A stretch of DNA of 64,000 nucleotides from a bacterium (GTDB lineage Bacteria > Acidobacteriota > Terriglobia > Bryobacterales > Bryobacteraceae): positions 40,653-104,652 of the forward strand of contig JBLNBX010000206.1 of NCBI GenBank assembly GCA_050260275.1, read 5' to 3'. Both the position numbers and the translations under genes were made by a program. Of the stretch, positions 44,471 through 56,028 are shown piece by piece. The notes beneath the pieces are model-generated. The model did no database searches. It was given only the letters and a program-made list of their open reading frames with translations, and was not told the DNA's origin. How positions within the stretch are numbered: position 1 is the first letter of the stretch; each line of letters opens with the position of its first letter.

Positions 44471-45092
44471 GATTACTGTGCTTCTGGTGGACGACCACAG
44501 CCTGGTGCGCCGGGGCTTCCGCCGTATGCTCGAGGACGATCCCGATATTCGTGTCGTCGGTGAGGCCGGCAACGGGCGCGAGGCCATCGACGCGGCGCTG
44601 CAGCTCGAGCCGCGCGTCATCGTCATGGACATGGCCATGCCCGAGATGGACGGCGTCGAAGCCACGCGGGAGATCCGCAAGCGGATGCCAAACGCGTGCG
44701 TGCTCATCGTCAGCATGTACTCGCAGGAGAACTATGTCCGCAAGGCCCTCGAGGCCGGCGCGCAGGGCTACATCCTCAAGAACGCGGACGAGGTGGACCT
44801 GGCTGCCGCCATACGCGAGGTCGCGAACGGGAAACAGGTGATCGACCCGAATATCTCGCCCGGCGGCCGCGACACGGATGGCGAAAGCCTGTCGCGTCTC
44901 ACGCCCCGCGAGCGCCAGATACTCCAGTTGATAGCCGAGGGCAACTCCAACAAGGAGATTGCGGCGCTGCTCAACCTGAGCGTTCACACCGTCGCCGTCC
45001 ACCGCGCGAACCTCATGGACCGTCTGGGCGTCCACCGCACCGCTGAACTGGTGCTGTACGCCATCCGGAAGGGACTCGTGAGGGTGCCGTGA
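44460..45092 (+). CDS. NarL/FixJ-family response regulator (REC plus LuxR-type HTH)
   Basis: MQTEITVLLVDDHSLVRRG...VIVMDMAMPEMDG (REC) and LTPRERQILQLIAEGNSNKEIAALLNLSVHTVAVHRANLM (GerE HTH). The start overlaps the kinase 3' end by 11 nt. Confidence 0.95.
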   Translation: MQTEITVLLVDDHSLVRRGFRRMLEDDPDIRVVGEAGNGREAIDAALQLEPRVIVMDMAMPEMDGVEATREIRKRMPNACVLIVSMYSQENYVRKALEAGAQGYILKNADEVDLAAAIREVANGKQVIDPNISPGGRDTDGESLSRLTPRERQILQLIAEGNSNKEIAALLNLSVHTVAVHRANLMDRLGVHRTAELVLYAIRKGLVRVP

Positions 45093-46744
45093 CGCGGGTC
45101 CTGCTCGCCATCCTCCTGGCAGCCGCCCCCGCGGGCGACATTGCCGTCCGCTTCAGCGACGTCACGGAGAAGGCCGGCATCCGTTTCGTGCACAACAATG
45201 GGGCGTTTGGGGGCAAGTACCTTCCTGAAACGATGGGTTCGGGCTGCGCCTTTTTCGACCACAACAACGATGGCTGGCCCGACATTCTTCTCGTCCAGGG
45301 CATGGACTGGCCCGGCCGGAAGAAGCAGGGCCGGACTACCCTCAAGCTGTACCGCAACAACGGCGACGGCACGTTCACCGATGTCACCGCTAAGGCCGGC
45401 CTCGACGTCGAGATGTACGGGATGGGCGTCGCCGCCGGCGATTACGACAATGACGGTTTTGCGGACGTCTACATCACCGCCGTCGGGCAGAGCCGCCTCT
45501 TTCACAACACCGGCAAGGGATCATTTGTCGACGTCACCGAGAAGTCCGGACTCGGCGGACGCGACGCGTTCTCGAGCTCAGCCCTGTGGTTCGACTACAA
45601 CCGCGACGGCTTCCTCGACCTATTCGTCACAAATTACGTTAAATGGTCTGAGAAAACGGACGTCTTCTGCACCGTAGACGGCAAGCAGAAAGCCTACTGC
45701 ACGCCTGAGGCTTACCGGGGCGCCACGAGCTGGCTGTTCCGGAACCGGGGCAACGGCACGTTCGAGGACGTCACTGCCACAAGCGGCATCTTCGACAGCA
45801 CGTCGAAGGGTTTGGGCGTCGCCATGCTCGACTACGACCTCGACGGCTGGCCGGATATCTTCGTCTCGAACGACACCGAACCGAACAAGCTCTATCACAA
45901 CCTGCGGAACGGCCAGTTCGAGGATGTAGCGCTCCAGGCCGGCGTTGCGTTTTCTACCGAAGGCAAGGCGCGCGGTGGAATGGGAGTAGACGCGGCCGAT
46001 TACAACAACTCCGGCATTCCCGCTCTCGTCGTGTCTAATTTCGACAACGAGATGCTCGGTTTCTACACCGCCATTCGCCGCGGCCTCTACACCGACAAGG
46101 CGCCTCAGACGGAGATCGGGCGGCGTTCGCGTCTCTCGCTCGGGTTCGGGACGTTTTTCTTCGACGCCGATCTCGACGGCCTGCTGGACCTTTTCGTCGC
46201 GAACGGGCATATCGACGACGAGTACAGCATGAGGAAAAACGTCCAGTTCGCGCAGCCGCCTCACCTGTTCATGAACCGGGGAGGCGCTGACTTCGTCGAT
46301 ATCGCGAGCAGTATTGGCGGCGTTTTTGCTCAACCGAAAGTTGGCCGGGGCGCGGCCTTTGCCGACTACGACCGCGATGGCGATCTCGACATTCTGATGA
46401 CAACCAATCGCGGGCCGGCTTACCTGTTCCGAAACGAGCTGTCGAACGGTAACAAGTGCATACGCTTCCGTCTCATCGGCACGAAGTCCAACCGCGACGC
46501 GATCGGAGCGATGGTCCACCTCTTCCGCGGCAAAGAGCGCGCCTCGCGCATGGTCAAGAGCGGCTCGAGCTACCAGTCACAATCGGAACTGACGATCACG
46601 TTCGGCCTCGGGACCAGCAGCACGGCCGAGCGCATCGTAATCGACTGGCCCAGCGGCAAGACCGAAGAGTATAGAAACCTCGCCGTGGGCCGCCTGTATG
46701 AGTGCACCGAGGGCGGCGGTATTCGCGATACCGGCCGGTTCTGA
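45089..46744 (+). CDS. CRTAC1-family protein (FG-GAP/VCBS repeats plus ASPIC/UnbV), second paralogue
   Basis: The GTG start overlaps the response-regulator TGA (GTGA). Contains FTDVTEKAGIRFVHNNG, repeated FDHNNDGWPDI / LYRNNGDGTFTDVT units, and C-terminal AIGAMVHLF...GSSYQSQSELTITFGLG...IVIDWPSGK. Confidence 0.85.
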   Translation: MTRVLLAILLAAAPAGDIAVRFSDVTEKAGIRFVHNNGAFGGKYLPETMGSGCAFFDHNNDGWPDILLVQGMDWPGRKKQGRTTLKLYRNNGDGTFTDVTAKAGLDVEMYGMGVAAGDYDNDGFADVYITAVGQSRLFHNTGKGSFVDVTEKSGLGGRDAFSSSALWFDYNRDGFLDLFVTNYVKWSEKTDVFCTVDGKQKAYCTPEAYRGATSWLFRNRGNGTFEDVTATSGIFDSTSKGLGVAMLDYDLDGWPDIFVSNDTEPNKLYHNLRNGQFEDVALQAGVAFSTEGKARGGMGVDAADYNNSGIPALVVSNFDNEMLGFYTAIRRGLYTDKAPQTEIGRRSRLSLGFGTFFFDADLDGLLDLFVANGHIDDEYSMRKNVQFAQPPHLFMNRGGADFVDIASSIGGVFAQPKVGRGAAFADYDRDGDLDILMTTNRGPAYLFRNELSNGNKCIRFRLIGTKSNRDAIGAMVHLFRGKERASRMVKSGSSYQSQSELTITFGLGTSSTAERIVIDWPSGKTEEYRNLAVGRLYECTEGGGIRDTGRF

Positions 46745-46842
46745 GCCGCACCTCGCCCGATTCGACCCGCACTGAGCCGTTGTTCGCGCCGGCTTACAAC
46801 GGGTGTTAGAATGACCATGAATCTCGGAGGGGACTTCTGCGC

Positions 46843-49233
46843 GTGACTTCTGGGCAGTCGGCGGCGGATCCATCGGACAAGCCAATCGCGATCAACGTAG
46901 ACGACGATGATTCAGCCCGCTACATCCGCAGCAAGATCCTGGACCGCGCCGGATTTAGAGTCATCGAGGCTGCCAGTGGCCACGATGCGCTCGCTGCCGT
47001 TCGGGAAGTAAAGCCCGCTCTTGTCCTGCTGGACGTCGGCCTTTCCGACCTTAGCGGCTTCGAGATTTGCCGCCGCATAAAAGAGAACCCGGAGACGGCC
47101 GGAACCGTCGTCCTCGAAATCTCAGCCGAGTTCCGCGATCCCGAATTGCAGGTTCAGGGACTCAACAGCGGCGCCGACGGATACATCGCCGAACCCGTAC
47201 ACCCGGATGTGCTCGCGGCCACGGCGCACGCGCTCCTGCGCGCCCGCAAGGCCGAGGAGCATCTGCTCAGAACCCAGAGAGCCGCCGCCAGCGAGCGCAA
47301 GGAGCCTCTCGCGCGAGTGGCCGCCGAACGGGAACTGCTGCAGGCCATCCTGGCTCAGTTGCCCTCCGGTGTGATGGTGGCCGAAGCGCCGTCAGGCAGG
47401 ATCGTCTTATGTAACGCCGAAGCGGACCGGCTGCTGGGCCGCCCCGCATCGGGCCTGAAGCAAATTGAGGACTATCAGTCGTTCCCGGCTATTCGCGACG
47501 ACGGGTCCCTGTACGCGCCCGAGGAATATCCGCTCGCCCGCGCTCTCATCAGAGGCGAAGTCATTCGCAACGAAGAGCTTTCCGTTCGGCGCAGCGATGG
47601 CGAGATCATCCGGCTTGCGGTAAACGCCGCTCCTCTCCGCCCGGAGCGCGGCGGGATGACCGGCGCGGTGGTAGCGTTTCACGACATTACGGCCCTCAAG
47701 CGCGTCCGGCGCGCGATGCCAGAGAGCGAGGCGCAGTTTCGCCAGTTTGCCGACAGCATTCCTCACGCGGTTTGGGTCGGCAGGCCCGACGGCACGACAG
47801 AGTTCGTGAACAGGCGCTACCTGGAGTGCACCGGCCTGGACCCCGAAGCGGCCTACGCTAAGGATTCCTGGCGCCCCCTCATTCACCCCGACGATCTGCC
47901 GCGTTTCGAGCAGGCCCGGCAGGAGTTTCTCAGATCCGGCGAGGGCCCGCCTGTCGAGTTCAGGCTCAGGCGCGCGCGGGAAAGCGAGTACCGATGGCAG
48001 CTCGGGCGCGGCGTCGGCATCCGCGATGGGAACGGAAACATCTTCCGCTGGTTCGGCACGATGACCGACATTCACGACCAGAAGACGGCCGAGCAAGCCG
48101 TGCGTGAGGCGCAGAAATTCGAGAGCATCGGGCTGCTCGCCGGTGGCATCGCGCATGACTTCAACAACCTGCTCACGAGCATCCTCGGCTACGCCAGCCT
48201 GCTCGCGGAGAACTCCGGAGGCCCGCCCCGCCGCGAGGTGACCGCGATAGTCCAGGCAGCGGAGAAGGCCGCCGATCTGACTCGGCAATTGCTCGCCTAC
48301 TCGGGCAAGGGGCGGCTCGTCGTGGCTCCAATCGACATATCGCGAGTTGCGCGCGACATGTCCGGCCTGCTGCGGACTTCGGTGCCCAAAGGAATCGCTC
48401 TTCGCCAGTCGCTCGCGGGCAACCTCCCGCCGGTCGAGGCGGACCCGGGCCAGATTCAGCAGATCGTCATGAACCTTGTCATGAACGCCGCCGAGTCCAT
48501 TCCCGATGGGCGAGCAGGAGAGGTGACCATCCGGACCGGCGTCAAGGATGTCTCCGAGGGCGAGGTCATTGACCACGTTTCGCGCTCGCCCCTTCGGCCC
48601 GGAAGGTATGCATTCATTGAGGTGGTGGACAACGGAGTAGGCATCGACGAGGAGGTGGCCTCGAAGATGTTCGACCCGTTCGTCACGACCAAGTTCATCG
48701 GGCGCGGCCTCGGCCTGCCCGCGGTCGCCGGGATCGTGAAGGCGCACAACGGAGGCATACAGGTTTCGTCGGTGAAAGGCGAGGGTAGCCGGTTCACCGT
48801 GTATTTGCCCACGGCCCATGGTGAGGCGACCGCGCATCCGGCCGCGGGCGCGGTCGTGCTGGTTGTAGATGACGAGGCCGTGGTGCGCGAGGTCGCCCAG
48901 GCCGCGCTCGAGCACTCGGGCTATACCGTCATCACCGCCAGCGACGGAGTCGAGGCGCTGCGAATCATGGACCATATGGGCAGCGGCATCGGTCTGGTGC
49001 TTCTCGACCTTACCATGCCCGTCATGGGCGGCGAGGAAACCGAACGGCGTCTGCGCGAGACTCACCCTGAAGTCAAAGTGATTCTGATGACCGGCTACAG
49101 CGAAGTAGAGGCCCGCCGCCGCTTCAGCGGGGCGCGCCTGGCCGGTTTCATACAGAAGCCGTTCACGGCCAGACGGCTGATCGAGAAGGTCGAGGCCGTC
49201 CTCGGCGGCAGTAGCGAGTGGGAAGCGGCCTAG
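46843..49233 (+). CDS. Hybrid sensor kinase: REC, two PAS-like domains, HisKA, HATPase_c, REC
   Basis: GTG start and an N-terminal REC (IAINVDDDDSARY...LVLLDVGLSD). PAS-like segments are followed by an H-box (GGIAHDFNNLLTSILGYASLL), an ATPase domain (VVDNGVGIDEEV...GRGLGLPAVAGIV) and a C-terminal REC (VLVVDDEAVV...LLDLTMPVMGG). Confidence 0.9.
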   Translation: MTSGQSAADPSDKPIAINVDDDDSARYIRSKILDRAGFRVIEAASGHDALAAVREVKPALVLLDVGLSDLSGFEICRRIKENPETAGTVVLEISAEFRDPELQVQGLNSGADGYIAEPVHPDVLAATAHALLRARKAEEHLLRTQRAAASERKEPLARVAAERELLQAILAQLPSGVMVAEAPSGRIVLCNAEADRLLGRPASGLKQIEDYQSFPAIRDDGSLYAPEEYPLARALIRGEVIRNEELSVRRSDGEIIRLAVNAAPLRPERGGMTGAVVAFHDITALKRVRRAMPESEAQFRQFADSIPHAVWVGRPDGTTEFVNRRYLECTGLDPEAAYAKDSWRPLIHPDDLPRFEQARQEFLRSGEGPPVEFRLRRARESEYRWQLGRGVGIRDGNGNIFRWFGTMTDIHDQKTAEQAVREAQKFESIGLLAGGIAHDFNNLLTSILGYASLLAENSGGPPRREVTAIVQAAEKAADLTRQLLAYSGKGRLVVAPIDISRVARDMSGLLRTSVPKGIALRQSLAGNLPPVEADPGQIQQIVMNLVMNAAESIPDGRAGEVTIRTGVKDVSEGEVIDHVSRSPLRPGRYAFIEVVDNGVGIDEEVASKMFDPFVTTKFIGRGLGLPAVAGIVKAHNGGIQVSSVKGEGSRFTVYLPTAHGEATAHPAAGAVVLVVDDEAVVREVAQAALEHSGYTVITASDGVEALRIMDHMGSGIGLVLLDLTMPVMGGEETERRLRETHPEVKVILMTGYSEVEARRRFSGARLAGFIQKPFTARRLIEKVEAVLGGSSEWEAA

Positions 49234-49289
49234 CGGCCCAGTCGCGGCTCAACCCCAATCCCGCCGCCCCAGGCCGGCGCCGGCGCTCC

Positions 49290-51326
<2,037 letters not shown>

Positions 51327-51461
51327 GAGGTTCGGTGGCGGCGGCTTCAGGTCCAGCGTCCGGCCCGCCTCGTGCCGCGAACACAGGCCCCATCGAGCGC
51401 CGCAACGGCGTGACTAAGACCCGGAATGATCATAGCCGCTCCGCCCATCCGCGCCTCGCGC

Positions 51462-52535
51462 TCAGATGCTCGTCCGCGCGTCGGCCTTCCACCACACTCC
51501 CGGCGCCGCCGTGGCGCAATCCGGGCACCGCCCCTCCGCGGTGATGCGCCGCTCGAGGATGCGAAAGCCCCGGCGCCGCACCAGGGCCGCCCCGCACTCG
51601 CTGCAGCGCGTGTCCTCTAGCCCGCCTGTCATCCCCGGCAGGTTGCCGGCGTAAACGTACCTGAGCCCAGCCAACTTGCCAATCTCCGCCGCGCGCGCGA
51701 GCGCGGCGGGAGCCGTGTTTCCCGGCCCGGTCATCTTGTAGTCCCCGTGGAACGCGGTCACGTGCCAGGGAATGTCCGGCGAAACGCCGGCGATGTAATC
51801 AGCCATGGCCCGCAACTCGCCGTCCGAGTCGTTGAAACCAGGCACGACCAGTGTCACGACCTCCAGCCAGAACCCCATCTCGTGAATTCGTTTCAGGCTG
51901 TCGAGAACGGGCTCCAGCCGGCCGCCAAGCTCGCGATAGCGGCGGTCGTTGAACGCCTTCAGGTCTACCTTGTACAGGTCCGTCCAGGGGCGCAGGTATT
52001 CGAGAACGCGGGGATTAGCATTCCCGTTTGAAACATATCCCGTGAGCAGACCCGCCGCCTTAGCCTCGCGGAATACCGCAACGGCCCACTCGGAGGTGAT
52101 AAGCGGCTCGTTGTAGGTGCTGATCACCGCATCGGCGCCGCTCTCCACGGCCGCGCGCACCAGCGCCTCGGGGGTGGTGTGGTGAACAGGGGCGATCGAA
52201 ACGGGATCGCGCAGCGCCTGCGACGTCACCCAGTTCTGGCAGAACGAGCAGTGCAGATCGCAGCCGTTCATCCCGAAGCTGAACGCGAGCGAGCCTGGCC
52301 GGACGTGAAAGAAGGGCTTCTTCTCGATTGGGTCGCAATGCGCCGCGGCCACGTACCCCCACGGCACGCGCAACTCGCCGCCGCGGTTGAACCGGACCTT
52401 GCAGACCCCGGTCTGCCCCTCAAAGATAGGGCACTCGTGCCCGCAGGCAAAGCAGCGGATGCGCCGCTCGTCGAGCGGTTCCCACAACTCGCCCGCGCGC
52501 GTGTTTTCAGACAGGATCTCCGCCAGGGTCGGCAC
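51462..52535 (-). CDS. AmmeMemoRadiSam-system-type radical SAM enzyme (PflA-like activase fold)
   Basis: N-terminal Cys-rich CFACGHECPIFEGQTGVCKVR, the radical SAM cluster motif GCDLHCSFCQNW, and a C-terminal Zn-ribbon-like CSECGA...CPDC. The overall pattern matches the AmmeMemoRadiSam radical SAM family as I recall it. Confidence 0.8.
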   Translation of the reverse strand: MPTLAEILSENTRAGELWEPLDERRIRCFACGHECPIFEGQTGVCKVRFNRGGELRVPWGYVAAAHCDPIEKKPFFHVRPGSLAFSFGMNGCDLHCSFCQNWVTSQALRDPVSIAPVHHTTPEALVRAAVESGADAVISTYNEPLITSEWAVAVFREAKAAGLLTGYVSNGNANPRVLEYLRPWTDLYKVDLKAFNDRRYRELGGRLEPVLDSLKRIHEMGFWLEVVTLVVPGFNDSDGELRAMADYIAGVSPDIPWHVTAFHGDYKMTGPGNTAPAALARAAEIGKLAGLRYVYAGNLPGMTGGLEDTRCSECGAALVRRRGFRILERRITAEGRCPDCATAAPGVWWKADARTSI

Positions 52536-52650
52536 GGCCTTCTACTTCTCCAACCATGATACCGCCCCGAGCGAAGAAAACGGGAAAGGAGCAGCGCGGG
52601 GCGCCGGCTCCAGCCGCCGCCCGCACGCGCTGAGGACTATTTACTGAGAG

Positions 52651-52905
52651 CTATTTCCCGAAGTGGGCCGCGTTGGCAGCGACGGCAGCCGCGTTCTCGG
52701 CAGGCACTTCGTCGGCAGCGAAGATGGAATTCGTCGGGCAAACTGGCACGCAAGCGCCGCAGTCGATGCAGTTGTCGGGGTCGATGAAGAGCTGGCTGAC
52801 TTCTTCGAAACCGGGTTCGTCCTTCTTCGGATGAATGCAGTCTACCGGGCACGCTTCGACGCAGAGCTCGTCCTTCGTGCAGGTGTCAACAATCACATAC
52901 GCCAT
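52651..52905 (-). CDS. fdxA: Ferredoxin (3Fe-4S/4Fe-4S FdxA-like)
   Basis: MAYVIVDTCTKDELCVEACPVDCIHP...DPDNCIDCGACVPVCP is the classic 7Fe-type ferredoxin cysteine pattern. Confidence 0.9.
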   Translation of the reverse strand: MAYVIVDTCTKDELCVEACPVDCIHPKKDEPGFEEVSQLFIDPDNCIDCGACVPVCPTNSIFAADEVPAENAAAVAANAAHFGK

Positions 52906-53200
52906 TTGGGTCTATCTCCTATGGACCTGGGTGATGCTCGAAAGCTGCAATTCCTGGACCAGCCGAAGCCGCGGTCCGGAAGTGCTGGAAATGCCAATCA
53001 TAACGCAACACTGCGGGCGGCGCACTGGCAGGCCAGAGCCGGCCTACTGGGGCATTTCACCCACTGGCGAGGCGCCCTCGCGCACGCCGCGGCAAAACCC
53101 CGTTCCGGCGTAGTCCGATACGCGGCTCTGGCCGGTTGGCATTTCGGGTTTGCGCGGCGCTCCGGTCTGATATCTTGGGAGAGAACACTCAGACACATAG

Positions 53201-55765
53201 ATGGCATTTCAGATTCATCCCCTCCGCGAGTTCTTGGTGCGTCCCGCTCTGCCGCCGGCTTTGTCGCGGTTGACCCAGCTCGCGTACAACGTGTTCTGGT
53301 CGTGGGAACCGACCATCCGCGCGCTGTTCCGCCGCACGGACCCGGTGCTGTGGGCCGAAAGTGGCCACAACCCCGTGTCCATGCTCGGGCGCATTCCTCA
53401 AGCCACTCTGGAGCGGCTCGCAAACGACCCGCGCTACCTGGCGCTCTACCGCCGCGCCTGCGAGCGTTTCGACGCTTACATGCACCGCAGCGACGGCGCG
53501 GGGCAGCAGAAGCGCCTGATCGCGTACTTCTCCATGGAGTACGGCATCATCGAGGCCATCCAGATCTACTCCGGCGGGCTCGGCGTGCTCTCCGGCGATT
53601 TTCTCAAGGCGTGCAGCGATTCCGACGTGCCCATCGTGGCCGTCGGCCTGCTCTATCAGACGGGCTATTTTCGCCAGTACCTGAATCCTGACGGCTGGCA
53701 GCAGGAGCGCTACCCGGTCAATGACTTTTACACGCTGCCGATAACGCCGGTGACTGGCCCCGACGGCAAGGAACTGCTGGTCCACGTTACACTGCCGACC
53801 GGGCGCGTGTGGATCAAGGTGTGGCTGATGGAGGTCGGGCGCATTCGCCTGTACCTGCTCGACACCAACATTCCCCAGAACGAGAATCACGAGAACCGCG
53901 ACATCACGGACTCGCTATACGGAGGCGACATCCACACGCGCATCCGGCAGGAGATCGTTCTTGGAATCGGTGGTTTGCGCGCGCTCAACGAGCTAGGCTA
54001 CAAGCCCACGGTCTATCACATGAACGAGGGCCACTCTGCATTCCTGGCGCTCGAGCGGATACGCGTGCTGCGGCGCGAGCACGGTCTGCAGTTCGAAGAG
54101 GCCCTCGAAGCCTCCCGCAATAACAATGTTTTTACAACCCACACGGCCGTTCCCGCCGGCATCGATATCTTCGATTCCGGCCTGATGTGGGAGTATTTCC
54201 ATGATTACTGCCGCGAGGTCGGGATAGATTTCGAGCAGCTCATGGGCCTCGGCCGGCGCAATCCCCACGACACCTACGAACGGTTCTCGATGGCTATCCT
54301 CGCCATCAAGACCTCCTGCTACCGGAACGCCGTAAGCCGTCTCCATCGCATGGTGGCGCAGGATATGTTCGCGGACCTCTGGCCGCAGCTTCCTCTGTGG
54401 GAAATACCGATAACGTCCATCACGAACGGCGTTCACCTGCTGAGCTGGATGTCGAGCGACATGACGACGCTCTATGACCAGTACCTTCAGCCGGACTGGC
54501 GCGAGCGGCTCAACGATCCCCGCACCTGGGAGCAGATCCAGGACATCCCGGACCAGGAGCTCTGGGAGGCGCACCGGCGCCGCAAGCGCAAGCTGATAGC
54601 TTTTGTGCGCGAACGTGCCGCCGAGTGCGCGCGCAACCGCAAGGCGTCCCTTACCGAAGTCCGGCGCGCCGCCGAGGTGCTCGACCCGGAGGCCTTCACC
54701 ATCGGTTTTGCCCGCCGCTTCGCCACCTACAAACGCGCCACGCTGCTGTTTCGCGACCCCAACCGGCTGAAGCGCATCCTGTGCAACCCGGAGCGCCCGG
54801 CTCAGATAGTGATAGCCGGAAAGGCGCACCCGAAGGATCACCCCGGCAAAGAACTCATCCGCCATATCTGGCAGCTCTCGCGCGACCCGGAACTTGCAAA
54901 AAAGATCGTGTTCGTGGAGGACTACGAGATCGGTGTGGCGCGGCACCTCGTGCAGGCCGTCGACATCTGGCTGAATACCCCGCGCCGCGGCGAGGAGGCT
55001 TGTGGCACCAGCGGTATGAAGGCCGGCCTCAACGGCGTGCTGAACGTCAGCATTCTCGACGGCTGGTACGACGAGGCTTACGAGTACACCGGCGGGTGGG
55101 CTATCGGCGACCGCATCCCGTACTCGGAGGATCAGGACGAGGCGCACGCCACGGCCATTTACTCGCTGCTCGAGAACGAGATCATTCCCGAGTACTACGA
55201 ACGAGACCAGGGCGTTCCGCGCGAGTGGATGCGCCGCGTGCGGCGCTCGCTCATGTACGTCAGCCCGCAGTTCAACTGCCAGCGCATGGTGGACGAGTAC
55301 ATGGCGCAGCTCTACGATCCTGCGCACCGCGCCTACGTTGACGTTCAGCGCGACAATTTCGCCCTCGCGCGAGAGAAGACCCGCTGGGACTCAGAGGTCC
55401 GCAAGGTGTGGGACCAGGTGCGGTTCGTGGACATGGGTACTCCCCCGGACGGTCCGGTACTCAGCGGACGCCCGGTTCCGGTCAGAACGGCGGTGAACCT
55501 TGCCGGCCTCAAACCGGAAGACGTGCGTGTCGAAATCGTGGTGGGCCGCATCGGAACCAACGGTCAGCTCGAGGACACGGAAGTAATGCTGCTGCCCGCC
55601 GTGGAGCAGCGCGGCGAAATCGCGGTTTTCGAGAAGGAGATTGTGCCGCAGCAGACCGGGCGCGTCGGCTACGCCCTTCGTATCCTGCCGAACCATTACG
55701 GCGACCCGCTCACGCGGCCCTGCAGCGCTCTGCTGAAGTGGGCCGTCGAACCGGCACAGAAGTAG
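53201..55765 (+). CDS. glgP: Alpha-glucan phosphorylase (GT35, DUF3417-containing maltodextrin/glycogen phosphorylase type)
   Basis: YFSMEYG...YSGGLGVLSGDFLKA, NEGHSAF, FTTHTAVPAGID, GFARRFATYKRA and the PLP-lysine context EACGTSGMKAGLNGVLNVSILDGWY. Confidence 0.95.
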   Translation: MAFQIHPLREFLVRPALPPALSRLTQLAYNVFWSWEPTIRALFRRTDPVLWAESGHNPVSMLGRIPQATLERLANDPRYLALYRRACERFDAYMHRSDGAGQQKRLIAYFSMEYGIIEAIQIYSGGLGVLSGDFLKACSDSDVPIVAVGLLYQTGYFRQYLNPDGWQQERYPVNDFYTLPITPVTGPDGKELLVHVTLPTGRVWIKVWLMEVGRIRLYLLDTNIPQNENHENRDITDSLYGGDIHTRIRQEIVLGIGGLRALNELGYKPTVYHMNEGHSAFLALERIRVLRREHGLQFEEALEASRNNNVFTTHTAVPAGIDIFDSGLMWEYFHDYCREVGIDFEQLMGLGRRNPHDTYERFSMAILAIKTSCYRNAVSRLHRMVAQDMFADLWPQLPLWEIPITSITNGVHLLSWMSSDMTTLYDQYLQPDWRERLNDPRTWEQIQDIPDQELWEAHRRRKRKLIAFVRERAAECARNRKASLTEVRRAAEVLDPEAFTIGFARRFATYKRATLLFRDPNRLKRILCNPERPAQIVIAGKAHPKDHPGKELIRHIWQLSRDPELAKKIVFVEDYEIGVARHLVQAVDIWLNTPRRGEEACGTSGMKAGLNGVLNVSILDGWYDEAYEYTGGWAIGDRIPYSEDQDEAHATAIYSLLENEIIPEYYERDQGVPREWMRRVRRSLMYVSPQFNCQRMVDEYMAQLYDPAHRAYVDVQRDNFALAREKTRWDSEVRKVWDQVRFVDMGTPPDGPVLSGRPVPVRTAVNLAGLKPEDVRVEIVVGRIGTNGQLEDTEVMLLPAVEQRGEIAVFEKEIVPQQTGRVGYALRILPNHYGDPLTRPCSALLKWAVEPAQK

Positions 55766-55766
55766 T

Positions 55767-55785
55767 CGGGGCGGCAACGCCGCCC
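55767..55785 (+). terminator. GC hairpin immediately after the glgP stop (possible terminator, no U-tract)
   Basis: ggggcggc-aac-gccgcccc is a perfect 8-bp stem starting 2 nt after the TAG. No T-run follows it. Confidence 0.3.
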
Positions 55786-56001
55786 CCGCCGGGGAGCTCT
55801 CGAAAATATTCCACTTTTCCGCCGGTTTCGTGCTAAACTGCAATTTGAAGTGTCGGCGGGTTTCCCGGACCTGTCCGCTCCTTGTATTTCAGAATCCCTC
55901 TGGTCACGCCGGGCAGGACTCTATACACGTCCACCTGTTCTGGCCGAAGCGATCCTGAAGTCGAGCATCGCCGGTTTCACGTTACTGATACCGGCCTGAA
56001 A

Positions 56002-56021
56002 ACTCCTGCCTCCGAAGGAGT
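56002..56021 (+). promoter_or_regulatory. Hairpin that would sequester the Shine-Dalgarno sequence of the zinc-ribbon gene
   Basis: actcct (56002..56007) pairs with aggagt (56016..56021) around an 8-nt loop. The 3' arm contains the AAGGAG SD, 8 nt upstream of the ATG at 56029. Confidence 0.25.
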
Positions 56022-56028
56022 CTTGTGA

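Noticed and set aside
47407-49065. 552-aa minus-strand ORF
   Set aside because: It is antisense to the hybrid histidine kinase, which has unmistakable H, N and G boxes.
53993-55327. 444-aa minus-strand ORF, and ORF 52663..53691 (+)
   Set aside because: The minus-strand ORF is antisense to glgP. The plus-strand ORF is out of frame with glgP and runs antisense to the ferredoxin gene. Neither has recognisable domains.
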